A DNA stretch of 63,372 bases, filler included, from 14 parts of 14 records of this genome joined end to end with filler, not necessarily neighbours in it, one strand, 5' to 3'. Shown: positions 35,762-48,560, numbered from the whole stretch's first letter. Numbers and translations are program-made. Notes: a model not told the origin generated them from the sequence alone.

Positions 35762-38700
35762 TTATTCGACCAAAAGATCGTCGAGGCCTGCTCGAAACTG
35801 CGTGTTCCGATTCAAATCCTCTGCCAGCGTAGTCGAGGTCGGCGCAGCATTCGCTGCATCACGGTCTGGTGCAACCTCCACAAGATCCTGCGAAAGACGC
35901 CAGCTAAACATTTCAGCCATGTGCATGTATATGTGTGCAAGCTACCGAACAAGAAGTCTAGTCAAAAGAAGAGAAAGGATGCGGTGTCGACCTCACCGAT
36001 GTCGTGAGTGTGAAGTCAGCGGGCTGCAGATCCGCGATGGCCGGATCGCTAGCAGAAGCTGGCTGTGGAGACTCCAAATCTGCATCTGCGGAGCTGCTTT
36101 TTTGGCGCAGCAGGTGCAACTTGTCTGCGTTCGCCTGCTTTGCTAGCTCTTGGTACTCATCAATGTCCTGCAAGACAATTGCACCACCTCCAATTCACTT
36201 TAAGCAGAGACCAAAAGATGTAAAAGCATGCTGTGTCTGTGGTCGTGACGCACCGAGCGTAGGTCATCTATGATGGCTTTGCGCTCAGCCAGTTGCTTCT
36301 CAAAGTCTTCACGCACTGCAGCGTCGGCTCCACCTTCAGTTGCGCCACCCAATTCCTGGACAGCAGTAAGTCAGCCGTACTGTGCTTGAGACAGAGCTTA
36401 AGACTGTTGCTAAATCATTCTTGATGTGTACGGGTTTAAATCTGCAGAAAGCGCAGTCAGCTCTACAACTTTTGCGCACCGTAAGTTGCTTGCGGAACTG
36501 TTCATGCGCTTCTGCGCTGCTGTCTTGCGCGCCCTTCAGAGCCGTGCACTTCGCACCGAACGCTGCGAGCAAGCGGTCGTAGGATGCCCGAAGCTGGCGC
36601 TGGTCTTGCAGGGCTCTGTTCGTGCTCTCTTGCAACACTCCCACCTGCCATCATGGCGGAGACAGCAATCAGACTCGCTAGCACAGGATACTACAAACAA
36701 TATGCAGGTCTCACCTTGTCCTCAGCAGCCGCTAGATCCTGTAATGCCACCGTCAGCTGCGAAGAGAGCGACGCCTTTTCCTACACCAGTCAGGCACGAC
36801 AAGCTCAGAACGCATGCATGAAGTGTTCCTCTGTGTCCACGGCTACACCATCAACGCACTGCTTGTGCAAGAGCAAGGTCGTCCGCGGCAATCTCCAGAC
36901 GTCGTGCTGTGTCCTTGTTGACGAGCTTTACAGCAGCCAGCTGCCTTGATAGACCTGCCTCAGAATTGCCAGAGGGTTGGCTGTTTGCTTCGAGATCCAT
37001 TGTCTGGCGAGCTTCTCGCCACGCCTGCTCCTTTGCAAGCTCAGCTTCGAGGTGAGATCTACAGACGATACAGCACAGTGTGAGTCAGGACATACCACAA
37101 GATGCAAACAGCAGCGCAGCAGCTGCAGATAGACCGAGCTGCTCTTACCGCGCTGCCTCTGACGCAACGATGTCAGATCGCGATTGCCGTAGCGAAGCCT
37201 TTCCGTCGCTGCCTCCACCAGCTTTTTCCTTCCAAACCTCGAGCTCTGCCACTGCCGCACTGCGTTCCCGTTGCCTGATCAAGTGGCAACACGGTCATAT
37301 GTGGCTCAGGTTGTCTCGAGGGGTTAACGAATGGTAGCATGTGCACGCGCTCCCAGGATAAACGGTGAGACACAAGAGGAGACTGATGCGCACCTGGCCG
37401 CCTCCATCTCAGCTTCCCGACTTTCAAAGCGGATCTCCCACTGCCGCTCTAGACGCTGTAGACTAGACGTGTGATTCTCTCGCAAAGCTTCCTGCTCTGA
37501 CAGCAATTCTCTGCGTACGCGCTCCAGCTCTCTCTCGTGATCATCTCGCGAAACGGTTCCACTTCGTGCACTGTCTACGCGGCTGTGGGCAGCTGCTGGG
37601 AGCTGGATGACACCACCGCCACTTGCTGCAGCGAGGATCTGTTTTTCCTGTGCCTTGAGTGCTGCCCGCATCTGCCTCCCTTTTTGACTTTGCTCCGCCA
37701 GTTTCTCCTCGTTGTCTTTGATAGTCTGCAAGCGACAGTTCACACGGGCACAAATGCTGAGGTGAGCGGAGTGTGCCTGGCATTATCATTGTCGTGGGAT
37801 GAGGATGACAGGGTACCGCACCACCGAAAGCTGCTCTAGCAATGCTTCGTTCTGAACTCTCTCTTCTTGCCATGCCTGTGCATTCACGCGCAGGGTCTCC
37901 AGCTCGGACCTCATTTCCTCCATGTTGCGAGTTGCCTGCTGCTCACGTGCATGGCTAGCTTCTGCCTCCGCAAGAGCATCGTCTAGCGTCTTGTTGATCT
38001 CTTCCGCACTGCTGGCTCGGCTTTTCCATACAATGATTTGTTCCTCGAACTCCGACTTGAGCTGCTCCCTCGTGCCCTTCGCCTGCTCGTACCGAGCCTC
38101 AGTTGCCTTCAGCTTCCTCTCAGCAGCCTCCTTGGCGCGCTCGGCCTGTCGCAGTCCGGTCTCCAGGGCATCCACGTCCCGCAGCTTCTTTTTGCCGCTG
38201 AACACCTCTGCAAATTGCTCGTCTGTGAAACCAAATCCTGTGAGTGAGCGGATCATCGCACGAATAACGGCTTCTTGTTCACCGACCGTATTTTGAAGGT
38301 CAATGATCAGTTTGGACCTGCGGTTCTCCTTGTCCGCGCGGCGCAGGTCCTTGGTCTTGTCTTGCAGCTTGTGGATGGACCGCATCAAGCTCTCAACCTT
38401 TTGCTTTTGCTCGCGCTTCAGCTCCTCAACTCGGGCAGAGTGTAGCTCCGACTGGATCTGCGTGGCGTCGCGGTAATACCCAGTGCCTAGCCAGGCTGTC
38501 CGAAACGTGAATCCTGCGCGAGCTCCGTCGAACTTCTCAGCGGCGACGAAACACCCAGGGTCCGCGGCCTCGGCTTCTGCTCGTGCACTTTCTACGTTCA
38601 TCGGCGGCGCCTGCACGACGGCAGCGACGGCAGCGTCGCGGGCAGGCTTCTCCACACCAGCTTTCCGCACCCGCGTCCCGCCCTGCAGCATGCCCGCCTT

Positions 38701-39218
38701 GGTGACCGGGCCGTGCACTACATTTCCCGCACCAGGGATCTGCCCCGGCAGCCTCTTCAACGCCGCGCGCTTTGATCCAAAGCCCGTCCTCGCCGCGTGC
38801 GCACCCTGTGCCTTCGCCTTGTTGCCCTGCGGTTTCGCTCCTTTCGCCGCCGAGCTCATCGACGAGCTGTCTCTTGGCCTGCTCAGATCCGCCTACATGC
38901 CAGACAACAAAGCGGCAAATGAAACTTGCTGGCAACCACAGCATGCTACTCTACCGCAGGCTACACTATCCTGCTGAGATCCTGCTGAGATAGAGCTGAG
39001 GGTCAGCAGCAACAAGAGTCTGCGGGACGGCTGAGAGAGAGCTGAGCGCCTTGTCTCGATGCACAAGACACAGTCGAACCCAAGGAAGCACACACCTGGT
39101 GGCTCGGCACGCCATCGACCATGTCCCGCATCAGCACAGGGTTGGCCGAGGCAGGACGGCGCTTCGCCACCGAGGACGGCCGGTTGCTCCGCTTCGCTGA
39201 GGGCGCTCGCCCAGCCAT
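35762..39218 (-). CDS. Multi-exon hypothetical coiled-coil protein
   Basis: Exon 1 (MAGRAPSAKR...PSHQ, 39218-39096) splices in frame via intron 39095-38893 to ORF 37786..38859. Several further E/K/R/Q-rich exons follow; the last exon DLVEVAP...DDLLVE* ends at 35762. Internal exon limits were not all resolved. Confidence 0.7.
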
Positions 39219-39492
39219 CTCGCTCCACACGCTGCGCCTAATTACACTACACGAGAGAGAGAGAGCGCGCAGCCGATCTACCCCCGCATGTGCTCCACCT
39301 TGTGCAGCAGCAGCACCATCATCGCCATCCCTGCGTGCGTGCGTGCGTGCAGTGATAGCCACCGGCCGTGCTCACCGCCGCGTGCCTCGTGCGTGCCACC
39401 GGCCGGCCACCAAGGCACCATTTCTTATCAGAGCCTGCCCTGGGGCAATCCGCCCGAGCCGCGGGGCGGTAGTTAAGGGACTCATGGGTCAT

Positions 39493-39592
39493 NNNNNNNN
39501 NNNNNNNNNNNNNNNNNNNNNNNNNNNNNNNNNNNNTTAATTAATTAANNNNNNNNNNNNNNNNNNNNNNNNNNNNNNNNNNNNNNNNNNNN
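39493..39592. other. Artificial contig linker
   Basis: N44-TTAATTAATTAA-N44. Confidence 0.99.
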
Positions 39593-39794
39593 CGTACTGA
39601 TCATGCATGAATGGATAACTCCACCGCTTTCCGGTGCTCACCCCTAACTATTCATAGTAGGAATTCCTATACGGTCGCCGGAGGCGCGCGCGGCGAACGA
39701 AGCGAGAGGCACGCGATAATGCTGCGGCACGAGGTCAACTCACGCATATCGTTACGTAGAAGACGTTTTGCATATCCCGGTGCTTATTACTAGT

Positions 39795-40927
39795 ATGGCG
39801 CTCGTGCCTCCCAGTCCCACGGTGGACTTAGAGGAGCTCGATCGCGTCGGCTTCACTGTTGTGCGAGGGCTGCTCCCACGCACCCTGACGACAGCCCTGC
39901 GGCAGTGTACGTACCTCGCTCTCCGCACCCTCGATAATTCTCTTGACCGCTGATCGACTGTGCATGGGAATTTTGTACAGTACTGTTCTCGCTGCTGATC
40001 AAGGTTGATATTGTGTGGAGCAGGTACAGACGTTCTGCTGGAGCGCCGGACCAAGCTCGCCCGTCAGCGCGAGGATGCAGGAGGCGAAGCGCCCCGTCCG
40101 ACGGGCCCCACGCACGACCTACGCAACCTCGCGTTGTACGGTGGGGACCATGTCGACATCTTGGCCTCTGCCATAGTAGAGAGCGACAGCCTTCGTGTTG
40201 CCCACCAGCTCAGCAAGTGCAATGAGGAGGAGCGGCAGCTGCAGCTGATCGAACAGGTTCTGATTAAGACCGACCCGTCGTCTCCGGAGCGTCATGGACC
40301 CCACAGTTTCCATCTCGACTGGATCTTCTTGCGAGAGCATTATGATGCTGTTCCCCGCCAGACTTACTTCCACATGGTAACCTACCTCTGCGACGTCGTT
40401 GCGGGCCAGGCTGCCTTCACGATACTTCCTGGTAGCCATCACAAAACTTATGCCGTTGCATCTCAGCTGTGCTCCCATGCCGAATTGCAGCGGTACCATG
40501 GCAAGCTTGGCCAGAGTGGCGGGCCGTTTGCAGCGCTAAAGCAAGATCCAGTGAAAGTGGCTGGCCTGGATCCGAGCTGCGCGGTGGAGGTCACAGGTTC
40601 GGAGGGCGACTGCGTGATCTGTGAGTCTGCGACCATCCCAATCTGTCGGACTGGTCTAAGCTGACAATTGCGACCACTTTATTCTTGCGGCTCAACTGCA
40701 TCGCAGTCAACCCGATGTGTCTCCATTCAGGCTCAACGAATCGAACAATAAGCCCTCGTTACGTCTACTTTCAGTCATATTGTACTCGCGACGCGGATTA
40801 TCTGCTTTCTGGCCTCAAGGGCGGGTATATGAACGGAAGTGAGGAGGCCGCAGCGATGGAATCACTTGCCTGTGCTCTGCCTCGTAGATTGCACTTTTTG
40901 CTAGATTCTCGTCGAGCAAAGATCTGA
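39795..40927 (+). CDS. Phytanoyl-CoA dioxygenase (PhyH)-family 2OG-Fe(II) oxygenase
   Basis: Motifs LDRVGFTVVRGLL, FHLDW (HxD), ILPGSH, G.EGD.VIFNP.CLHSGS.N....PR. Introns 39907-40023 and 40621-40706. The protein ends in AKI*. Confidence 0.9.
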
Positions 40928-41449
40928 GCTGAGCTTGCCGGTCCTACTAGCATCCCCTACGAATGCAACCGCTAGTATATGCATCGGATGAGCTTCTGCA
41001 GCGTGACTATACGGCTACAGGCCGATTGCGTGGATACGTGGATACGTGGACACGAGAGACTCAGAGACATCCGTCTGCTTGGACTGTCCGCATCGACTGT
41101 GGTAGTCTGATGATTGCATGAGCTTCCGGGCGATGGAATCGAGTAGAAATTTGAACCCGAACTGCATATGACTTTGTCACGCTTCTCTTGTGCCTAGTGT
41201 GATGGTACTACCAGTAATGCACACGCACCAGCTATTGCATGTATTCGAATAGGACACTCACGCAACTCGCTTCGTATCACAGTTGTTGATGCTGTCGAGC
41301 ACTCTTACAGTGCAATAGAATTTGCCTCTACGTTCCTCTTGTGACGCCGCAAAAACAATGCAACTGCGCAATAGCGCAACACTCTGCAACCAGTCTCCTC
41401 GACACAGTAAGCGCAGGATTGCGTCGGTAGTGTACTGCAGTATATTGCA

Positions 41450-42889
41450 CTAGCCAGCTGGTGACGCAGCTGCGCCGTAATCCAGCCTACGCACGATCGT
41501 CGTGGCGTTGCCAACTTGCCCTACCCGTAGCGGACCGAGTGTCCCGTTCCATTTGCAAGAGACACATGCTGTGGGATGACACTCTGATGGGTCGAAGGCC
41601 GCATTAAATAGATGCGTCATGTGCCCGGCAGAGTCAAAGAACATCTTCGGCCGCTCTACGGTGGAGAACACATGCGAGCTGCCATCTTCGTACATAATCT
41701 TCGAACTGTAGGGCTGCACGTACTCAGAAAGCGTAGTCCAGTTCTTGCCATCGGTGCTAAACGCATGTAAACTGATCGCACCGCTGTCACAATCTGTCGT
41801 GCTTTTGAAATTGTACGCGTGATATAATAGATGCCAGTGCTGCTGTGCATCAACATACAGGTACGGATCCTCGATCGTCACCCCGAAGCCACGCCAGTTG
41901 ATACCAGCGCCAGGATTGGCGAACTCAGTCCAAGGTCCTTCCAAGCTGGGTGCTGAGACGATCGGCCCTGGACCGTTCGCAGTAGTTGTATACCAGCGTC
42001 CCTTGTAAAGCATCGGCGCGGGCTCTGATGCACCATGAAACCCATCAGACTTTATCGCCACAAACGGACCTGCTGGGTTATCAGCCACATGGATTGGACC
42101 AGGGCTCTGGAACATCACGTACCGCGCTGTCCCGTTCGGATAGGTTTGCTTCACCGTCTGCACACCCTGGGCGTCAACCAGCACCTGTTGGATGGTGTAA
42201 GGCCCTTCAAGAGTAGGTGATGTGGCGTAGTCGATACGATTCAGCAAGTGATGATGATTCAGACCCGCGTAAAAGTCTCCCGCGTACATGTGATATGTCT
42301 CGTTGTGCTCAACCACGCTGCCGCCCCAGCTGTGTCCTGCGCCTTCGTATATCAGACCTTGATAGGCTGGTGCCCTGGGAGACGGCTTGAAGGACAGTAG
42401 ACCGCAAGAATGGCCGATCCACGGCGGATAACATGCGCACTTCTTCGTTGCCTCTTCACAACGGCCATTCAGCGAGCAGTCGAGGTCTGATGAACAATTC
42501 AGAGGAACTGGGGTGGGCTGTGGGGCTGGTGGCAGTGGTGGTGCCGGTGGAGGCACCGGCGGCACCGGCGGTGGTGCAGGGCCACTCTTCCCAGGAAAAC
42601 AAGCTGTGACATGATTGTGCCAGATAGCATTCCCTTTCGTCCCGTTCGACTTGATGTAGCACTGACCCGGGGCTGGGCAGAGTGGTGGCGTGCAGAAGGT
42701 GCCCACCGCGCAATCCGTGCGGCCCGCGCAAATGGCGCAGCACGCTGCCAGTGATGAAGCAGCGACGTGGACGTTGAGCGACGAGATGTAGTCAGTGTTG
42801 TGTTGGAAGCTGCACGTCCCGCTGGCGGCTACAGCGGAGAGTGCCGTGACCAAGACGGTCACGGCGAGGACTCGTCCAGACGACAACAT
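41450..42889 (-). CDS. Secreted PAN/apple + Pro-rich linker + EGF-like + five-bladed beta-propeller (GH43-like) protein
   Basis: Signal peptide; PAN-type CC..C....C...CY.K; (PPV/PPA)n linker; CS.NG.C.....C.C...W.G..C; propeller motifs SWGG, YHMY, GPY, EGPW, EDPYLY, ERPK. Confidence 0.78.
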   Translation of the reverse strand: MLSSGRVLAVTVLVTALSAVAASGTCSFQHNTDYISSLNVHVAASSLAACCAICAGRTDCAVGTFCTPPLCPAPGQCYIKSNGTKGNAIWHNHVTACFPGKSGPAPPPVPPVPPPAPPLPPAPQPTPVPLNCSSDLDCSLNGRCEEATKKCACYPPWIGHSCGLLSFKPSPRAPAYQGLIYEGAGHSWGGSVVEHNETYHMYAGDFYAGLNHHHLLNRIDYATSPTLEGPYTIQQVLVDAQGVQTVKQTYPNGTARYVMFQSPGPIHVADNPAGPFVAIKSDGFHGASEPAPMLYKGRWYTTTANGPGPIVSAPSLEGPWTEFANPGAGINWRGFGVTIEDPYLYVDAQQHWHLLYHAYNFKSTTDCDSGAISLHAFSTDGKNWTTLSEYVQPYSSKIMYEDGSSHVFSTVERPKMFFDSAGHMTHLFNAAFDPSECHPTACVSCKWNGTLGPLRVGQVGNATTIVRRLDYGAAASPAG

Positions 42890-43000
42890 ATCGCACAGAC
42901 CCAGTGAGGACACGGAATACCCCACCTAGCTGCAGTCGACGCTGCTCACACCCGCCCGGTCCCCGCCGCGCACACACCTATAGCAGAGGTCTATCGGGCT

Positions 43001-43100
43001 NNNNNNNNNNNNNNNNNNNNNNNNNNNNNNNNNNNNNNNNNNNNTTAATTAATTAANNNNNNNNNNNNNNNNNNNNNNNNNNNNNNNNNNNNNNNNNNNN
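43001..43100. other. Artificial contig linker
   Basis: N44-TTAATTAATTAA-N44. Confidence 0.99.
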
Positions 43101-43711
43101 TTTCTTTCTTGGCACGTGCCAGCGGACCAGACAACGTTTTGGACGCGGCCGCACTTGACATAGCCTTCATCACGTGCCGCGGCTTAGGTAGTTCTTTCAC
43201 CATTCCTAACCCCTCCTCGTTGAAAGCTTTGAATGTGTCCATTGCCCCACCAATCAAAGCCATTGGGTCGTCAAAACTAACACCCATAGCACGCACAATG
43301 GCTGACTCCTCAGCCATTGCCTCAATGTGATTTTTCTCCTGTTTGATCAACTTTTCTTCCTCCGAAAGGCAGAACCCGTCGACGATGAGAGCCGCAAACA
43401 GGTTTGCACTATCGCCCGCGAGAACACACGCAGTTAGAACCATCAAAGATACTAAAGGTTACGACGTGTGGAGGTTACCGGAGCACTCACACGAAGAGGT
43501 TCATCACGCAATAGCAGCTCATGAAGTAAATCCACGCGCTCTGTGAGCAGCCGAGATATTCAAACATGATACCTGCCCACCCCTCTGCCATCATGATCAA
43601 GAAGATTGAATGGAACGAAGCTGCAAAGGTGAAAAAGTTTTGAGGCGGCAGCTGATCCAGCTCTTGAGCGGTTAAGGGAGTCCCATCTTCATGCACGTGG
43701 CAGTAACCCAG
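43101..43711 (-). CDS. Fragment of a voltage-gated cation channel (pore loop, S6, cytosolic linker), inverted relative to the adjacent channel gene
   Basis: LGYCH...QNFFTFAASFHSIFLIMMAEGWAGIM...WIYF...MNLFV | ANLFAALIVDGF...; intron 43490-43409 (GTGAGT...TAG). Confidence 0.8.
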
Positions 43712-46700
43712 GGTAGACTGAAGGACGAGGCTGAGAAGCGCGTGTCACAAGCAAAAGACGAATTGGAGAAGCAGGCAGCTAAAGCCGTCGAGGCAGCAAA
43801 GGAAGCGGCCGAAGAAGCGAAGAGCAGGGCACTGGAAGCTGCTGAAGAGGCAAAGAAACGAGCTGAGGAGGCCCTTGACGAGGTGCAAAAGCACGCTGAG
43901 GAAAAGATGGCTGAGATGCAAGCAAAAATTGATGAGGGAATAGATGACGGCCTCACGCCCAAACAACGCAGAAAACAAGCATCGTGGCACATCTTTGCTC
44001 TCAAGCACCCGGCACGAAAGGCGTGTATCGACTTGGCTGATCATCCGAAGTTTGAACCGACTGTTCTGGTCTTGATCGGCATTTCTAGCATCTCAATTGC
44101 TGCAGAGGGTGCACCTGGTACAGTACACCGGCCGTTCGAGCAGTTTGTCTATCACTTCATCAATGTCACGATTCTGATCGTATTTGTACTCGAGTTTGCG
44201 ATTAAGACGATTGCCGAAGGTTTCTTACAGACGCCAAGCGCCTACCTCAAAGGTTCGTGGAATCGCTTGGACTTCGTGATCCTAATCAGCAGCGTTGCTG
44301 AGTTTGCCGCTGCTACTCTGGGTGAGGGTGATAGCATCCGAGTACTGCGTGTGCTGCGTATCCTAAGACCGTTGCGACTGATCAAGTCCAACGAGTCGAT
44401 GCAGGCTCTTATAGATGCACTACGAAACGTATTACCCATTATGGTGGGTGTACTTGGCCTTATGTTGATTTTTTTCACGTCGTACGCCATTTTTGGGCTC
44501 GGCCTTTTCATGGGTAAGTTCTACTTCTGCAATTGCGAAGGTAAGTGGGGATTACCGGCTACGAACTGTACCCATCCTGATCCTGCGTCACTTGGGCGTG
44601 ACCAATGCCTAGCACAGGGTGGGAGCTGGGATAATCCGCCGTACAACTTCGATAATTTCTTTCAGGTGCGCGTCAACCACCGATTCGATTGATGAATACT
44701 GTCAGTCTCGATTTGTGCTAGTACTGACCAATAATAGCCTGGTGTCCGTTTATCGCTGGTACAGTCCATGAGAACCCTTTTTTATTGCGCTAACGGTGGC
44801 GGGTGGAAAGACATCATTGAGGCAGGGGCGGCCGTTGCAGGCGTCTATGAGGCACCGCAGAGCCGCATTTCTTCTACCTTCGTGATATTCTTCTGGTCGT
44901 TCATCTTGATCAACCGCCTTTTCGTTGCGAATGTATTTGTCGGCATCCTCACAAGCTACTTCCTGCAAGCGAGTGGCTCGGCATTACTGACTGAAGCGCA
45001 GTCGGCCTGGGCACAATGTCAGATCTTCGCGCTCCAAGCTAGCCCAAGGGTGTTCGTTCCACCAGGGCAGGGGACAGTACGCCGAATGGCATACGATCTC
45101 ATCCACAGCAAGTTGTTCGAACCATTCATGATGTTTGTAGTTTTGCTCAATGTTGCCGTGCTGTTCTTTGAAAAAGTTCCGGAGGATGCGGAACATGTGG
45201 ACAATCTCTTCATTTTTCAAGAAGTTTGTCTGTACATATTTACTCTGGACATGATCGTGCGCTCGGCGGCCATGGGAGCAAAACGATACTGGGCTGACCC
45301 GTGGTGCAAGTTGGACATGCTCATTGTCTTTACAACATGGATTTCGAGTCTTGGAGGCACATTTGGTGCTATCTCCGTTCTACGCGGTCTACGAGTCATG
45401 AGGTTGCTGACGCTGGTTCGAAAGGTCCGGAGTTTGCGACCGATTACGCAAACCCTGCTAGTGTCCTTTCCACAATGCATGAATGTGGTGTCCCTCACGG
45501 CCCTTGTCGTGTACATCTATGCGGTTGCGGCGATGAACCTGTACGGAAATCCTGTGCAGTATGGCGACACGTTCACACAGGACGGCGACAACTTTGACTC
45601 GTTCAAGAACAGTTTTGCCTTTCTGATCCAGATTCTTTTCGGGCAGAGCAATCTCGAGCTTATCTATGAGCTCGAAAATCTGGGTGGTGATGCAGTATTT
45701 CCATTGTTTGCAACATTGTGAGCACCACACATCCGCATGCGCACTTGTCGCTGTCTAACTCGAAGCCTCATTGCTGGTATCATTGTTGTTGGGGGAATGT
45801 GTAGTTCGCTGCTCACCCAGTGGGTCTTGCTCAACCTCTTCGTGGTCATTCTAGTTGACAACTTTTCCAGATGCCATGTCATTAGCAAGATGGACATCCA
45901 GCCGGTTCGTTTAAAGATAGACAGACAGATGGTGCACTGTTGATACGCATCGCGTTGCGCGTCTCGAGCACGCCCTCACGTTCAATTGCTGCATTGCAGG
46001 AACACGTCAAAGCATTCAAAACGGTATGGAGCGAGGGCTTCACTGACCCTGCCGGGCCTTTCGGCCACAAACGTTTCACTGAACCGCCGGAGTGCAAGAC
46101 GATTGATGTGCGCATGTTAGAAGAGCTCGTTCCACAGCTACTACCGCCAACAGAAATATTGGACCGCGGGTGGTCAGATCGTGTTGGGCTCTGGTCGCAT
46201 CTCAATCTGGGTGCTCCATCCATCTCGCCACTCGGATTAATTGTTCCGCATAGAATCAAGCACCGATCACAGATGGCATTGCCCTTCGATGAGGGCCAGA
46301 TGTGTCACGTTGGTGGCAAGCTTTGCGAAGTAGTCACCAAACGCTGGGAGAGCCAGCATGCGCAGGAACAAGGGATTCCACCGAGCACGGTCACAGTCCG
46401 ATTCATCGAATCCGAGCCACTTAGCTCAAAGCGCGTTCTTTCGTTGGACCACCTGCATGTTCCCGCTGTGGAGCAATTCACAGGCTTCCTTGACGGCGAT
46501 ATGTCCCAGGTGCGCAGGCGCATTCCATATTGTCAGATTCAACGGTGCCACTCCGATCATTAGTGAATTGGCTGCTCGGTTGCTGAATGAGTTCACGGGT
46601 TCATGGGACCACCGTGGTCACTGCAGGGCTGTGAGATTACATGGGTCAGCAATGATCGCCAAACAGTGCGTGTACGATTCACCACGAACCAGCGCAAGCG

Positions 46701-47962
46701 CTTTGCCTCTGCAAAGATCGAACGAGCGATGTCAGAGGCACCGTCGTGGTTGCAAAGCAACGACGATTCAGAGGAGATGCAACGAATTCTTGAGGAATAC
46801 CACACGCCAGATGAAGAAGCAGCAAGAGAACAGGCCACGATAACGCTCCAGGCACACGCGCGAGGCTGGTTGGAACGCGGTAAACTGGAACTGGCACGAC
46901 AGCGAGAGGAGATTGCTACAACCAGCGTTGCATTTAAGACAGATAACGAGAAAGAAGAATCGTTTCCGTCTGCAGAAGTGCTTAAGGTGACACTGGCAGG
47001 AGACGAACAGTGGATGAATCGGCTAATCGTTGAGCTCGGAATCAGGCAACAAGAAGCAGTGGATGGTTTCCGCTACCTTCCACCAAATGTAAAACTTACA
47101 GACGCAAAAGGACGCTTCCGTCCATTAGTCGTAGGCTTACGGGCGCTTGCTGATGGAACGTTCGTCCAAGACGTCGAGGTCGGATTTCATGAGCTGCTCA
47201 TGGCCCTCTGCCTCATCCCTAGCTCCTGTAAGCCTTCCATGCATAACCGTCCTTTGAGCGTCATAGGCGTATCTGTCTCTGATCTGCCTCTATGTCTACG
47301 TGTGTAGATGATAGCCTGAACTTTGAAGAGAAACAAGCGAAATACGAGAAGCTGCGTGCAAAGGTTGAGGACTACGCTGCACGAGTATTTCAGTGTTGTG
47401 CGCGATGCAAGATGGCAAAGCGCCACCTACTCCGTGAGGTACAGCATTACAGCGTGAGCAAGCGCAAACGGATTGTGCGGCGTGACAGTGCAAGTGCTGG
47501 CAGCACTGAGGACAACGTGAAATTCGAAAATCCTTTACATGGCGAGGATTTGGTGAGCAAGTTGCTATACGTGACGCCCCTGCGCTGCACATGTACCCCA
47601 TCAAGTCTCCGGCCGGGATCTCTCGCTTACATGTACGCGCCTGACGTTAAATGTGTGCGCGCGTGCTATGTGTATGCAATATTCGCGCACACGGGTACGA
47701 GCATGCACAGCAGGTGGAAGATGCACGAGGCATTGACATGCACACACTTACGGTGCCCGTCGACGTGATCACGCGACAAGGACCCTTACCTCAATGGAAA
47801 AGTAAAGTCAAGCAACGCTGCTCGCTTCTCAACTCAAGGATTCACGTGTTACATAATTATGCTAGACTCACACCGGCGTCAACGCCATTGCGCGCTACGC
47901 AGAGTTTCATCAGCAATATGGGAGATTGGATTCGTACGATTGCAAAGAAGCGAGGGGGCTGA
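43712..47962 (+). CDS. Voltage-gated Ca/Na-type cation channel: two 6-TM repeats (DIII/DIV-like) and an IQ-containing C-terminus; 5'-partial
   Basis: S4 segments [16 protein letters not shown] and [31 protein letters not shown] pore motifs; [13 protein letters not shown]-like LQAHARGW. Several GT-AG introns. The 3' end is uncertain, with a possible further exon from 48071. Confidence 0.88.
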
Positions 47963-48560
47963 TCTTGATGGTGTGGCGAGAATCGCTATTTCCTTGTACC
48001 ATCTTGACGTTGTTCTACTAGCTTGCATTCTCTACGTTTTGCCAATATGCTGACGATTGGTATGTTGTAGCTGGACATGGTACGTGGGACCCTTTTGTCG
48101 AGCATGAAGGCATGCTTCGCGGTCAAAGCTGCTGTGTAGCACACCGAAATTATGAGCATCTGCTAATACGAATTGTACTTGCTTCTCATCATTGCCCCAA
48201 CTGGTAAAAGGTACACCTACGAGCCAGCTCGTCCTCGTGTCGTTGGACCAGCCCAGGCTAGTCTCGGACAGCGTTGCGCCTGCGATAATCGTCCAAACAC
48301 AGGTTTTTGGTGTTCTCTACGCCGCGCGCGTGCGGCCCGTGCGCATGTAGCGCGACTCTGACAGCGGTCATGATGACGCTGTCTGCCAAAAGCATTACCG
48401 CGGAACACGCAGTAACAATGCCATCGTCCTATGCAGTCAGGATGGCTCAGACTCCACCCGACTGCTCACGGCGGCACGCCCGGCGCGTGCTGAAGCCACT
48501 GCAGCCTAGACCGCGCTGCAACGGGGCTAGGAACTAAAGGAGGCAGGGACCTGGCTTGCC

